Source: an uncultured bacterium (GTDB taxonomy: Bacteria > Desulfobacterota_D > UBA1144 > Nemesobacterales > UBA2774). From it: a stretch of 64,000 nucleotides of DNA. Numbering within the stretch: the stretch's first letter is position 1; each line of letters begins with the position of its first letter. Made by a program: the position numbers and the translations under genes. This document shows positions 40,001 through 49,910 of the stretch, piece by piece. The notes under the pieces were generated by a model. That model was not told the DNA's origin, did no database searches, and saw only the letters and a program-made list of their open reading frames with translations. The stretch is from positions 704,001 through 768,000 of the forward strand of contig CAWGRW010000009.1 of the NCBI GenBank assembly GCA_963825135.1, written 5' to 3'.

Positions 40001-41059
40001 ATGACGAAAAAGGTTAATTTCGAAGAGATATTCGATTCGCTTCCGGAATCCATCATTATCATGGACAAGGACCTCCGCGTGCTCGACATGAACGACAACG
40101 CGGAAAGCACATTCAGGATCCCGAGGGAGAAGGCCCGCGGACAGCATTCGAGCGCCTTCATGCCGGAGGAGATAGAGGGCGTCGCGCTTATGGCGATGGG
40201 AGAGGGCAGAACAATAGTGGGCGACGAGATAAAACCGACTCTGAGAAGCGGCGAGCGTATCTCGATCCAGGCCGTGGCCTCGCCGTTATTCACGAATAAA
40301 GGGACACTAAAAGGCGCATTACTGCAGATAAAGGACATGTCCGGCGCGAAGTTTCTCAACAGCAAGAGCATCCAGGAGATATCGGCCTCGAAATTCGAGA
40401 ACCTCATTCTGGGGCTTGCTCATGAGCTTAAGAACCCGCTCAGCGGCATACGGGGGGCAGCTCAGCTCCTGGCCGAAGAAGCTCCCAATAGTGAGGCGCT
40501 GAAATGCGCTCAAATAATCACCAAGGAAACGGACAGGCTCCGGGCCCTGCTCGATACGCTTAAGCAGCTGGAGCCCTTCGCCGAAGAGGTATTCGAGCTG
40601 ATAGACATACACGAGATGCTGATGGAAATCATATACCTCGAATCGATGTCCAGGGCGGGGGGGCTCATACAGTACAGGCAGAATTACGACGTGACCATCC
40701 CGCCCATACACGGCGACAGGAACGCATTCAAGCAGGTCTTCCTCAATCTCATAAAAAACGCGGCGGAGTCGATAACGGGCAAAGGCATGGTAGAGGTATC
40801 CAGCAGGTGGATCACGGAGCATAAGCTCAAGGGCCAGAACTCGATGTCCATAGAAATCAGGGACAACGGAAGCGGGATACCGGCGGATTCCCTGGAAAAA
40901 ATATTCAACCCCTTCTATACTACTAAGAAAGAGGGGTCGGGTCTCGGACTATTCCTGGCATATCAGATAATCGCCAAACACGGAGGAGCAATTTTTGTCG
41001 ACAGTGAATTGGGGGTCGGTACTACACTCAAGGTATACCTCCCGATTACAAACGTATAA
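40001..41059 (+). CDS. ntrB: PAS-domain histidine kinase, NtrB-like
   Basis: LAHELKNPLSGIRGAAQLL H-box, NLIKNA, DNGSGI, GSGLGL; no TM segments. Confidence 0.8.
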   Translation: MTKKVNFEEIFDSLPESIIIMDKDLRVLDMNDNAESTFRIPREKARGQHSSAFMPEEIEGVALMAMGEGRTIVGDEIKPTLRSGERISIQAVASPLFTNKGTLKGALLQIKDMSGAKFLNSKSIQEISASKFENLILGLAHELKNPLSGIRGAAQLLAEEAPNSEALKCAQIITKETDRLRALLDTLKQLEPFAEEVFELIDIHEMLMEIIYLESMSRAGGLIQYRQNYDVTIPPIHGDRNAFKQVFLNLIKNAAESITGKGMVEVSSRWITEHKLKGQNSMSIEIRDNGSGIPADSLEKIFNPFYTTKKEGSGLGLFLAYQIIAKHGGAIFVDSELGVGTTLKVYLPITNV

Positions 41060-41126
41060 TTCTGGAATATAATCCCGGAAGGAAATTGAAAAACCTGATG
41101 AGGCAGAGCTCGATTGAAACCGTAAA

Positions 41127-42563
41127 ATGAAAAAAAAGATACTGATCGTCGATGATGAAGAAAGCATAAGATGGGTGCTCGGGAAATGCCTGGAGAAAGC
41201 GGGCTATCTGGTACGCCATGCGGATAACGGAGCGAAGGCCATACAGAGCGCCTTGTCCGAGGGCTTTTCCGCGATAATACTCGATATCACCATGCCCGAC
41301 ATGAACGGGTTTGACGTGCTCAAGGAATTCAGGTCGAGAGGGATCAACCCCCCTGTAATTATCATCACCGCGCAGAATACGGTAAAGAACGCGATAGACG
41401 CCATGAAGCAGGGCGCCTATGATTACATCGCCAAGCCTTTTGACCTGGACGAGGTAAAAATCACCGTACAGCGGGCGATCGAGAGCTACGAGAATTCGAA
41501 AAAGCTCGAGATGCTCAGGGCGGAATCCGGGGAGGGGGATTCCCTTCAGGACATCGTCGGCAAGTCCCAGGTGATGCTCAACATATACAAGATGATAGGC
41601 AGAGTGGCCGAGCGGGACATTACCGTGCTGGTAATCGGGGAGAGCGGGACCGGCAAGGAGCTCGTGGCGCGGGCTATTCACCAGAACAGCATGAGGAGAG
41701 AGGGAAAGCTGGTCGCGGTGAACATTGCGGCCATTCCCAAGGACCTCCTCGAAAGCGAGCTGTTCGGCTACGAAAAGGGCGCGTTCACGGGGGCTTCCCT
41801 CCCGAAACAGGGGAGGTTCGAAGAAGCCCACAAAGGCACGCTGCACTTGGACGAAATCGGGGACATGCCTCCCGAGCTCCAGACAAAGCTGCTCAGAATA
41901 CTCGAAGAGAGGAAATTCTACAGGCTCGGAAGCGAACGGCCCACCCCTGTTGACGTCAGGATAATAGCGTCAACGAACAAGAACCTCGAGAGGGAGGTGG
42001 CCGACGGCAGGTTCAGGGAGGACCTTTACTACAGATTAAACGCGATCACGATCGAGATTCCGCCGCTCAGAAAAAGAATAGAAGACGTCGAGCCGCTTAT
42101 AGAGCACTTCCTCAATAAATATTCAAAGGAGCTCGGCATCGCCAAAAGGACCATGTCCGACGAAGCGAAAGAGCTCGCGCTCAGTTATAGCTGGCCCGGC
42201 AACGTGAGGGAGCTCGAAAACATAATCAAGCGCGTACTCGTCCTCACGTCGGACAGCATTATCACAAGGGACACCCTTATTGAAGCCGCTCCGCATCTCG
42301 AAGGAAGGGGCAGAAAGGAGCAGGAATCGTTCGACCAGATAATAACGGACGAACTCAATTTCCTGATCGAGTCCGGGAGCGCCGATTCGCAGGGACAAAT
42401 CCACGACAAAATCATAAGAAAGGTCGAAAAACCGCTTATTGAAGCGGTACTCAGGATCACGAACGGAAACAAGAAAAAGGCGGCTCAGATACTCGGAATT
42501 AACAGAAACACGCTTTCAAAAAAGATGGAAGAGCTGGGACTCCAGGGAAAGGATAACGATTAG
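41127..42563 (+). CDS. ntrC: sigma54 response regulator, NtrC-like
   Basis: Canonical receiver (VDDE, LDITMP, KP), GESGTGKE, GAFTGA, GINRNTL HTH; follows the NtrB-like kinase. Confidence 0.8.
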   Translation: MKKKILIVDDEESIRWVLGKCLEKAGYLVRHADNGAKAIQSALSEGFSAIILDITMPDMNGFDVLKEFRSRGINPPVIIITAQNTVKNAIDAMKQGAYDYIAKPFDLDEVKITVQRAIESYENSKKLEMLRAESGEGDSLQDIVGKSQVMLNIYKMIGRVAERDITVLVIGESGTGKELVARAIHQNSMRREGKLVAVNIAAIPKDLLESELFGYEKGAFTGASLPKQGRFEEAHKGTLHLDEIGDMPPELQTKLLRILEERKFYRLGSERPTPVDVRIIASTNKNLEREVADGRFREDLYYRLNAITIEIPPLRKRIEDVEPLIEHFLNKYSKELGIAKRTMSDEAKELALSYSWPGNVRELENIIKRVLVLTSDSIITRDTLIEAAPHLEGRGRKEQESFDQIITDELNFLIESGSADSQGQIHDKIIRKVEKPLIEAVLRITNGNKKKAAQILGINRNTLSKKMEELGLQGKDND

Positions 42564-42574
42564 TTTTATCAGCG

Positions 42575-43249
42575 TCAGGCAAGCTTGTTCAGGCCTTCTA
42601 TATGCTCAAGCCCCTCTTTCGCGGCGGCCTGCTCGGCCTGTTTCTTGTTCCGCCCTATGCCCCTGCCCATGCATTTTCTGCCGAGCTTAACCTCTACATG
42701 GAAGCATTTGTCATGCGGGGGCCCTTCCTCGAGCACAACTTTATACTTGGGCACCTTCTTGAACTGCCGCTGGGCAACTTCCTGGAGCCTGGTTTTATAA
42801 TCCCTGAATATCTCCTCGTCGCCGTTAAGACAGTTCTTCAGGAGCTTGGTGACTATTCTGTAGACCTTCTTGTATCCACCGTCTATGAATATCGCTCCGA
42901 TAACGGCCTCGAACGCCCCGGCGAGGTTCGACTGCCTCTTTCTCCCCCCCGTATTCTCCTCTCCTTTTCCGAGTAGCATCTGTTTGTCTATCTTGAGCTC
43001 TTTCGCGAAGTGGGCAAAATTCATCCTGCTCACAATGGCGCTTCTCATTTTAGAGAGCTTTCCTTCGGCAGCCTCGGGGAAGAGATCGTATAATACGCGG
43101 GCCACGATGAAGCCCAGGACGGCGTCACCCAGGAACTCCATCCTTTCGTTGCTTTCTACGGAAGTCTCGTTCGCAAAAGAACTGTGGGTGAGCGCGGTTT
43201 TAAGAAGCCCGCCGTCTTTGAATTTATAATTGAGCCTCTTTTCTAACAT
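42575..43249 (-). CDS. rnc: Ribonuclease III
   Basis: ALTHSS, NERMEFLGDAVL, FEAVIGAIFID, dsRBD DYKTRLQE and KKQAEQAAA. Confidence 0.97.
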   Translation of the reverse strand: MLEKRLNYKFKDGGLLKTALTHSSFANETSVESNERMEFLGDAVLGFIVARVLYDLFPEAAEGKLSKMRSAIVSRMNFAHFAKELKIDKQMLLGKGEENTGGRKRQSNLAGAFEAVIGAIFIDGGYKKVYRIVTKLLKNCLNGDEEIFRDYKTRLQEVAQRQFKKVPKYKVVLEEGPPHDKCFHVEVKLGRKCMGRGIGRNKKQAEQAAAKEGLEHIEGLNKLA

Positions 43250-43492
43250 GCGCTTAGAAAACTATCATCAAGAGCGACTAAAATCAACAATCAGGGCGTA
43301 AGCCGATTCGCATATATGCTCCGGTCGACAGGATATTATGAAGAGGCGTGGGTCTCGAGCCCGATTGACGGGACGAGGTTGAATTGTATCATCGTGAAAA
43401 AAGCTGAATCGAAATCCGAATGCGATCGTAAATATTAAGTATAATATGAAACATATTTTTGGAAGAGAAATTACAAGCGCTCAAGGAGATAA

Positions 43493-44212
43493 ATGAGAAA
43501 ATTTGCGGCCCCTTTATTTGCGTTATTATTGCTAACATTTGTAGTGGGTTATGCATCCAATGCGCAGGATACCCACAACGAGAAGCGCACATTGAGCGTC
43601 ACCGGAAGCGGAAAGGTCGATGCGGCCCCTGACGTCGCGTATTTGACCCTCTCAGTCGAAACCCTCGCTAAAAACGCCTCCCAGGCGGTAAAGGACAATT
43701 CCGGGACAACGAACAAGGTCATAGAGGCAATAAAAGCCAAGCTCGGCAAGGACGACAAGGTCTCGACTGCCGGATACAGCCTCGCGCCTGTCTACGAATA
43801 CAACAACCAGACTAACAAGACGGATTTCAAAGGGTACAGGGCCAGCAACAGGATCATAGTCGAGGCCCACAACCTGAAAGAAATCGGGAATATCATCGAT
43901 TCCACCGCCGAAGCGGGACTCAACAATGTAGAAAGTCTTTCATTCGATACGACGAAGAGGGATGAAATAAGGAGGGAAGCCATCGTCGAGGCCGTCCGGG
44001 ACGCGAAGGCGACCGCAGAGACCTTATCGAAGGCCGCGGGCGTTACGATAACAAAGATTCTCCAGCTTTCCCCGTCCTTCGACTACCCGGTGCCTGTGTA
44101 CAGGGACTACGCTCTCGCTAAGGAGGCTTCTCCGGCAGCGCCCCCCACGCCCATAGAGCCGGGCGATATATCGGTTAGCGCGTCGGTCAGCATAGTGTTC
44201 GAGATAGAGTGA
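43493..44212 (+). CDS. SIMPL/DUF541 (YggE-like) periplasmic protein
   Basis: Signal peptide, LSVTGSGKVDAAPD, GYRASN, PIEPG, C-terminal VFEIE. Confidence 0.9.
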   Translation: MRKFAAPLFALLLLTFVVGYASNAQDTHNEKRTLSVTGSGKVDAAPDVAYLTLSVETLAKNASQAVKDNSGTTNKVIEAIKAKLGKDDKVSTAGYSLAPVYEYNNQTNKTDFKGYRASNRIIVEAHNLKEIGNIIDSTAEAGLNNVESLSFDTTKRDEIRREAIVEAVRDAKATAETLSKAAGVTITKILQLSPSFDYPVPVYRDYALAKEASPAAPPTPIEPGDISVSASVSIVFEIE

Positions 44213-44216
44213 AGGG

Positions 44217-44558
44217 TCAGTCACCGGAACGGCATTCCTCACAGCTGCACAGCTCCCTCAGGAATTCGTACGTATAAATTCCCGTATCGTGCTTATCGTT
44301 CCAGCTGAACTTAAACGCGTACTGTCCGACGTGCTCGATACCGAGAGGCTTGACCGCCGGGGATTTGGTCCCGAGAGGGATAGTCTTTTTGAAAGGGAGC
44401 CTGCCGTTCTTACTCGCTTTCCGTAACTGCCTGCAGGTAGCGCAGGGGCATTCCTGCCGCAGGTCCTCGTACAGGTAAATACTCTCATGCCCGTCGTCCC
44501 ATAATATCCGTATCGCCGTATCGCTGAATTCCGTTACTTCCCCCGGTTTGCATTTCAT
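44217..44558 (-). CDS. DUF971/GBBH-like N-terminal Zn-binding protein
   Basis: WDDGHESIY, LRQECPCATC, VGQYA, WNDKHDTGIYTYEFLR; ATG at 44558 with a GGGG SD. Confidence 0.85.
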   Translation of the reverse strand: MKCKPGEVTEFSDTAIRILWDDGHESIYLYEDLRQECPCATCRQLRKASKNGRLPFKKTIPLGTKSPAVKPLGIEHVGQYAFKFSWNDKHDTGIYTYEFLRELCSCEECRSGD

Positions 44559-44715
44559 AGATATTTCCCCCTTATCGTAGGACTCGCGAACAGCGCCTGT
44601 ATATTGTACCGAATTCCTCGGCGGATATTTTCTATCGACGCGGATATTTAATAATTTCGGGATATAAACTGTTTCGTTGACTTTTTTTGCCCGAAAATTG
44701 TATAATCCATTCCTG

Positions 44716-45468
44716 ATGAAAAAAGACGCCGCGGGGACGGTAGCGGAGTGGATCAGAGAGACCCGGAAAATCATAGTCCTTACGGGGTATGAATTATCGG
44801 CCGAGTGCGGCCTGCCCGATTTTTCGGATCCCGGACTAAACCCTCATATCAGGGATTTCAGGGAGAAACGGGACGTAAGGGCGGGGTATTGGGCGAAGAT
44901 AACGGACATATACCCGTCTCTCCTGAGCGCCGAGCCCGGTCCCGGCCACCGGGCGATAGTGGAGATGGAAATGCTCGGGAACCTGGACTGTGTATTTACG
45001 CAGAGCGCGGACGGGCTCCATCACCGCGCCGGAAGCACCACGGTCATTGAGCTCAACAGCAGCATCCAATGGATTACTTGCCCCGGCTGCGGCAAGGATT
45101 ATTCGATTGACGAAATCATGAGCATGCTCGAAAAAAGCGCCGGAGTACCCGCCTGCAGGGAATGCGGGAGCGACCAGCTGAAACCCGGGATTTCATTCCC
45201 CGGGCAGCCTCCGCCGCACTGGGAAGCGCGGGAGGCATGGATGAGGCTCCACAACACCGACCTATTTCTCATCGCCGGAGCCTCACTCGACAATGAGCCC
45301 GCAGCCTCGTACCCGTTCGAAGCCAAGGAAAATAACGCCAGGGTAGTCATCATAAGCGAACGTGAAAGCCCGGCAGACGACTACGTAGATGCGGTCATAT
45401 ACGGCAAGCCGGGCCAGATACTGAATTACATTGTAAAGAAGGTTAAGGACAGCATTACCATCTCCTGA
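44716..45468 (+). CDS. Sir2/CobB-family protein with degenerate catalytic motifs
   Basis: Sirtuin motifs recognisable (LTG.ELSAECGLPDF, TQSADGLHHRAGS, CPGC/CREC, LKP, GASL...PAA) but catalytic HG is replaced by NS. Confidence 0.85.
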   Translation: MKKDAAGTVAEWIRETRKIIVLTGYELSAECGLPDFSDPGLNPHIRDFREKRDVRAGYWAKITDIYPSLLSAEPGPGHRAIVEMEMLGNLDCVFTQSADGLHHRAGSTTVIELNSSIQWITCPGCGKDYSIDEIMSMLEKSAGVPACRECGSDQLKPGISFPGQPPPHWEAREAWMRLHNTDLFLIAGASLDNEPAASYPFEAKENNARVVIISERESPADDYVDAVIYGKPGQILNYIVKKVKDSITIS

Positions 45469-45541
45469 CGTGTCCCGGTATAATAAGGACTCCCGATACC
45501 CCTCCGTGACGCTATGTCATCGGACACCCCGAGGAGAAAAA

Positions 45542-47026
45542 ATGGCTGAGGAAAAACCGCTCATACAAGACGTAAAAAGGTACGTATCCAATACGGACAA
45601 GGATATTTACACGGTCAGCAACATCCCGGAAGAGGTCATAGCCGTCATATTCGCCTACGTGAGCAGGAGCCCGAAAGGCTTCAGGGAGAATATCGGGGCG
45701 GTCATTCAGGAAGAGGAGCTCGGCAGGGACAGGGCCTCGAAGTTCCACGAGAAATGGGTGCTAAACTACGGACACGCTTCCGTGGCGGAACACGCCGCCG
45801 TGCACGTGGGCATCGAGAGGGTGTCCCGGCTGTTCTCGTCAATACTCGAGCTGTCAAACGAGTATCTATCGTTCACGGAGTATTCCCAGAGGTATCAGAG
45901 ACCGTCGAGAGGGGATTTTTATATACCGGGCGAGCTCGACAGGGCCCCCGCTCTTAAGAAAGATTATATAAAGCTCAACGACGGCCTCTATACCGTATAT
46001 GCCGGGCTGAATGAAAAGCTCTTCGAGCATTTAAAGAAAACGGAGCCCGCGCCCGAGGGTGCGGATGAGAAGGCGCATTCGAGGGCGCTCGAAAAGATCG
46101 CGTTCGAGGACGCCCGGTACGCCCTTACGCTCGCTACTTTCACGAATCTCGGCATGACCGCGAACGCGAGAGCGATCGAGGACTCGCTCACGAAGCTCCT
46201 TTCGAATAAGTACGCGGAGGTCAGGAGCCGGGCTCGGGAAATAAAGGATGAAGTGCGGTTTTCCGTGCCCACGCTCGTAAAATATGCGAATGAAAACAGA
46301 TACCTCAAAGAGACGAGAGAGGAACTCCTCAAAACTGCGGGCTCGCTGACCGTGCGAAACTATACCGGGTGGTCAACCGAAGGCCCGGCCGTTAACCTCC
46401 TGGACTGGACGGGTAAGGGTTCTCCCGCTCCCGAAGAAGCGGCAGTAGATAAAATGATCAAAGCCATACTGTTCGAGCACTCGGACTCAAGCTATGAGGA
46501 GATAGACGACACGCTCAAGGGGCGGGACCCCGCCTCAAAGCTCGCAATCCTGAAAAAATCACTCGAGAAGCTCGGGAAATACGATAACCCCGTAAACGCC
46601 CTCAGGCTCGTCGGCTACGAGGCCGAGTTCGTCATAAGCGAGGCGTGCTGGCACCAGCTCCTCCGGCACAGGAAGACGGACTGGATCTACAAGGACCCCT
46701 CGGTATCGCACGGCATCACCGTACCGCCGAACATAGAAAACGCGGGGATTGCGGATATGCTCGTAAGGGCAGCCGGGGAGAGTGAGAAACTTTACGCGAT
46801 GCTGATGAATGAAAATTTATCCGAGACCGCGAGCTACGTCGTAACTAACGCTCACAACAGGCGCGTTCTCGGCAGCTTCAACCTCTGGGAGCTCTATCAC
46901 CTCATAAATTTAAGGATGTCCGAAGGGGCCCAGTGGGATATCAAGAACGTAACAGGGATGCTTGCCGAAGAGATAAGCAAACATCATCCGAACCTCGTAG
47001 CCCCCGCGCTGAAGAGGGTAAAATAG
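45542..47026 (+). CDS. thyX: Flavin-dependent thymidylate synthase, tandem two-domain type
   Basis: GHASVAEHA, VSR, EYSQRY, DARY in domain 1; QLLRHR, NLWELYHLINLR, AQWDI in domain 2; GAGGAG SD before ATG at 45542. Confidence 0.88.
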   Translation: MAEEKPLIQDVKRYVSNTDKDIYTVSNIPEEVIAVIFAYVSRSPKGFRENIGAVIQEEELGRDRASKFHEKWVLNYGHASVAEHAAVHVGIERVSRLFSSILELSNEYLSFTEYSQRYQRPSRGDFYIPGELDRAPALKKDYIKLNDGLYTVYAGLNEKLFEHLKKTEPAPEGADEKAHSRALEKIAFEDARYALTLATFTNLGMTANARAIEDSLTKLLSNKYAEVRSRAREIKDEVRFSVPTLVKYANENRYLKETREELLKTAGSLTVRNYTGWSTEGPAVNLLDWTGKGSPAPEEAAVDKMIKAILFEHSDSSYEEIDDTLKGRDPASKLAILKKSLEKLGKYDNPVNALRLVGYEAEFVISEACWHQLLRHRKTDWIYKDPSVSHGITVPPNIENAGIADMLVRAAGESEKLYAMLMNENLSETASYVVTNAHNRRVLGSFNLWELYHLINLRMSEGAQWDIKNVTGMLAEEISKHHPNLVAPALKRVK

Positions 47027-47074
47027 CGTCGAGCGGGCAGGTCACAAAATGCGAGATTTAGAGTAATCCCAAAC

Positions 47075-47569
47075 ATGGCAAACCAGGATCACATGACGAC
47101 AATTAAAAGCGGGGCGGGAGCGTGGAATAAATGGAGGGAAGAGAATCCGGGCGTGAAGCCCGATCTCGCATGGGCCAACCTCGTGGGGATAGACCTGACG
47201 GGGGCTAACCTCGAGGGGGTGAATATGAAGCTCGCGTTCTGTAAAGGCTCCAGATTTAACGGAGCGAGGCTCGGCGGGGCCACCCTGTTCGGCACAAATC
47301 TCGAGGGGGCGGACATGACAGGCGCCGCACTCGAGGGAGCTACTCTCGAAGGGGCGCATCTCATAAAGGCCGACCTCTCCGGGGCGAACCTTGCGGGGGC
47401 TAATCTCAAGCTCGCAAACATGCAGGACGCGGTACTCGAAGGCGCAGACCTCAGGGGCTGCATCAAGCTGACCGCGGAGCAGCTTTCGTCCGTGAAAACA
47501 CTCCGCGACGCAAAGCTCGACCCGGCTCTCTCAGAGCAGTTATCGAATACGCACCCCGAATTGTTCTGA
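47075..47569 (+). CDS. Pentapeptide repeat protein
   Basis: WNKWREENP followed by A(D/N)LxG repeats. Confidence 0.93.
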   Translation: MANQDHMTTIKSGAGAWNKWREENPGVKPDLAWANLVGIDLTGANLEGVNMKLAFCKGSRFNGARLGGATLFGTNLEGADMTGAALEGATLEGAHLIKADLSGANLAGANLKLANMQDAVLEGADLRGCIKLTAEQLSSVKTLRDAKLDPALSEQLSNTHPELF

Positions 47570-47649
47570 GTACTTGATGGCCCCGGACCGTTTCACCGGC
47601 GGATTGTCATTCTTGACTAATCCTCCCCCATCCAAAATACTACATCCGA

Positions 47650-48819
47650 ATGGAAGACACCCCGTCGTTTCAGGACTTATTCAAATCACAGGTATATACG
47701 GTATCCGGGCTCACAGCGCGCATTAAAGAAGCGATCGAAGAGGAGGTCGGCTTCGAGCACGTGTGGGTCACGGGAGAGATCTCGAATTTCAAAGGAAACT
47801 ATACGAGCGGGCACTGGTATTTCTCGCTCAAGGATGAATCGAGTCAGATATCCGCTGTCTGCTTCAAATGGGCGAACCAATCGATAAAATACCTCCCCGA
47901 GAACGGCACGGAGGTCATTTGCTCGGGCCTCGTAGGGGTTTACGAGAAACAAGGGGTCTACCAGCTGAACGTTAAGGATATGGAGCCCAAGGGTGTCGGG
48001 GCTCAGGCTCTCGCGCTCGAACAGTTAAAAGAGAAACTCCTCGCCGAGGGACTATTCAGCCCGGAGAGAAAGCGCCCCCTGCCCTTCCTCCCCCGGAGGA
48101 TCGGCATTGTAACCTCCCCGACGGGAGCGGCGATAAAAGACATTCTTAAGGTCCTCGAAAGCAGGTTCCCCAACCTCGAAATAGTAATATCCCCGGCAAG
48201 GGTCCAGGGAGACGAAGCTCCCGGAGATATTATATCGTCCCTGAAGAAGCTTTACGGTATGTCCGGCCTGGACCTCATCATTCTGGCAAGAGGCGGGGGT
48301 TCCAAGGAAGACCTGCGTGCCTTCAACGACGAGGCGCTCGCGAGAGAGATAGTTAAATCCCCTGTGCCTGTCGTCTCCGCGGTCGGGCACGAAATAGACG
48401 TTACGATTGCCGACTTGGTCGCGGACGTAAGGGCGGCGACACCGTCGAACGCAGCCGAGATCGTGGTCAGGGAGAGGTCAGAGCTCCTTCAGGACCTGGC
48501 AGAGCTCGGCGGAAAACTGGCCTTCGCTCTTCAGAACCGGGTTGAATTCCACGCAAGGGAAATAGATCAGCTGCAGTCGGACATACTAAGGCTCTTTCAG
48601 ATAAAGTACGAGAGCGCCGTATCGGAGACGGGCGCGCTCGCAGGAAAGCTCGACGCTCTGAGTCCCCTCAAAGTGCTCGGCCGCGGATACAGCATCACGT
48701 ACAAGCTTCCGTCCATGAAGACGGTTAAGGATTCGAAGGAGCTTGCGAGCGGAGACAAAGTCCTGATCGCTTTTAACAGCGGAAAGGCCAGGTGCTCGGT
48801 CACGGAAACTGAAGACTAG
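47650..48819 (+). CDS. xseA: Exodeoxyribonuclease VII large subunit
   Basis: GEISN, SGHWYFSLKD, TSPTGAA, RGGGSKEDL, VGHEID, AATPS, LSPLKVLGRGY. Confidence 0.96.
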   Translation: MEDTPSFQDLFKSQVYTVSGLTARIKEAIEEEVGFEHVWVTGEISNFKGNYTSGHWYFSLKDESSQISAVCFKWANQSIKYLPENGTEVICSGLVGVYEKQGVYQLNVKDMEPKGVGAQALALEQLKEKLLAEGLFSPERKRPLPFLPRRIGIVTSPTGAAIKDILKVLESRFPNLEIVISPARVQGDEAPGDIISSLKKLYGMSGLDLIILARGGGSKEDLRAFNDEALAREIVKSPVPVVSAVGHEIDVTIADLVADVRAATPSNAAEIVVRERSELLQDLAELGGKLAFALQNRVEFHAREIDQLQSDILRLFQIKYESAVSETGALAGKLDALSPLKVLGRGYSITYKLPSMKTVKDSKELASGDKVLIAFNSGKARCSVTETED

Positions 48820-49829
48820 CCGAGAAGTAAGTTAAATTCAGGGGCTTCGATGAGCCTCGCTCCCGCGCTTCTGAGAAGACTTTCGGTCTCCCCCGCGGGC
48901 AGAGCATCGGTAATGATGTGCCTCACCCTGTTCCCCATGTCCATACCGAGCTTTTTCCCGGCTGGCCGGCCGTTTAAGCCCGAAAGGGACTTCCTGCATA
49001 ATTCCTCCAGGCCCGCTTTCGTCTCAAACAATACGGTCGGCATTACCTCGACTATATCCTGGTAGAAATCTTTCCTGCCTTCCGCAACCGCGGCCCTGCC
49101 CCCCCTGTAGAGAGTAAGATAGTTTATGAACTTCGAGAACGGGGTCGCGTCCGTCAAATAGGAAAAGGTCTGGTCCTCCGCGTCTAACCCGGAGCACCTG
49201 AGAGACACATTCCGGAGGGCATCCATCAAGCTGCCCTGGGAGACCTCGGTCGGGTGCGGTTTATCCGGACCCGGAGATAAAAAAAGCGCAGCCGGAAAAT
49301 CAGCTTCTACATTTTTATATACAGCGGAAAGCTCGTCCTCGAGCTTTTTTCTTTTCATAAGCCCGAATTTAAGGACCGCCCTGAAGTTCAGGACCTTCTC
49401 GCCGCTTATCTTTGCGTCCGGGAAGACTATAATTCTCTCGACGCTCGTCATCCCGTGAAGAGAATTCAGAACACCTTCCATCGAGGGACTCTGCTCTATT
49501 AGTATCAGCTTTGCATGGAGATCTTCAGCCGCTCCGGCAATCCGCTCGGCGCTTTCATCCGGGGACAGCGGAACAACGATTCCGCCGAGATGAAAAACCG
49601 CGATCTCGGAGGAGATCGCTTCGAGCCTGTTCGAAGAGACGACGAGCGCCCTGTCCCCCCTCCCGAACCCCAGGTCGTGGAAAAAGGCCGCTATATTCTT
49701 TACTTTGCGGTCGAAGTCGAGCCAGGTAATTTGTTTCCAGCTCCATCCGTCCCGCCGCTGGTAGAGGAGCTTCGTACCGTGCTCCTTTACTCGATTTTGC
49801 AGAAGTTCTGGTATAGTCTTTTCGCTCAT
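48816..49829 (-). CDS. Truncated, degenerate AMP-binding (long-chain acyl-CoA ligase-like) protein
   Basis: N-terminus like FadD15/ACSL (WKQITW, LGFGRGDR, SSNRLE, GGIVVP); no TSGTTG loop and no C-terminal domain. Confidence 0.7.
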   Translation of the reverse strand: MSEKTIPELLQNRVKEHGTKLLYQRRDGWSWKQITWLDFDRKVKNIAAFFHDLGFGRGDRALVVSSNRLEAISSEIAVFHLGGIVVPLSPDESAERIAGAAEDLHAKLILIEQSPSMEGVLNSLHGMTSVERIIVFPDAKISGEKVLNFRAVLKFGLMKRKKLEDELSAVYKNVEADFPAALFLSPGPDKPHPTEVSQGSLMDALRNVSLRCSGLDAEDQTFSYLTDATPFSKFINYLTLYRGGRAAVAEGRKDFYQDIVEVMPTVLFETKAGLEELCRKSLSGLNGRPAGKKLGMDMGNRVRHIITDALPAGETESLLRSAGARLIEAPEFNLLLG

Positions 49830-49910
49830 AAGGCCTCGCCGGGAGCGACGTTACAATATCCTCAACCGGATAGAGTGTAAAATATACTATAAAACTATCA
49901 GTTTAAAACT

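Noticed and set aside
44716..45468. Sir2-type anti-phage effector (Thoeris/DSR/pAgo-associated)
   Set aside because: It has CobB-like length and Zn ribbon, housekeeping neighbours, and no TIR, HerA or Argonaute partner
47075..47569. Periodic DNA repeats as a CRISPR array or VNTR
   Set aside because: The periodicity is explained by pentapeptide-repeat coding; no repeat-spacer array or cas genes were seen in the window
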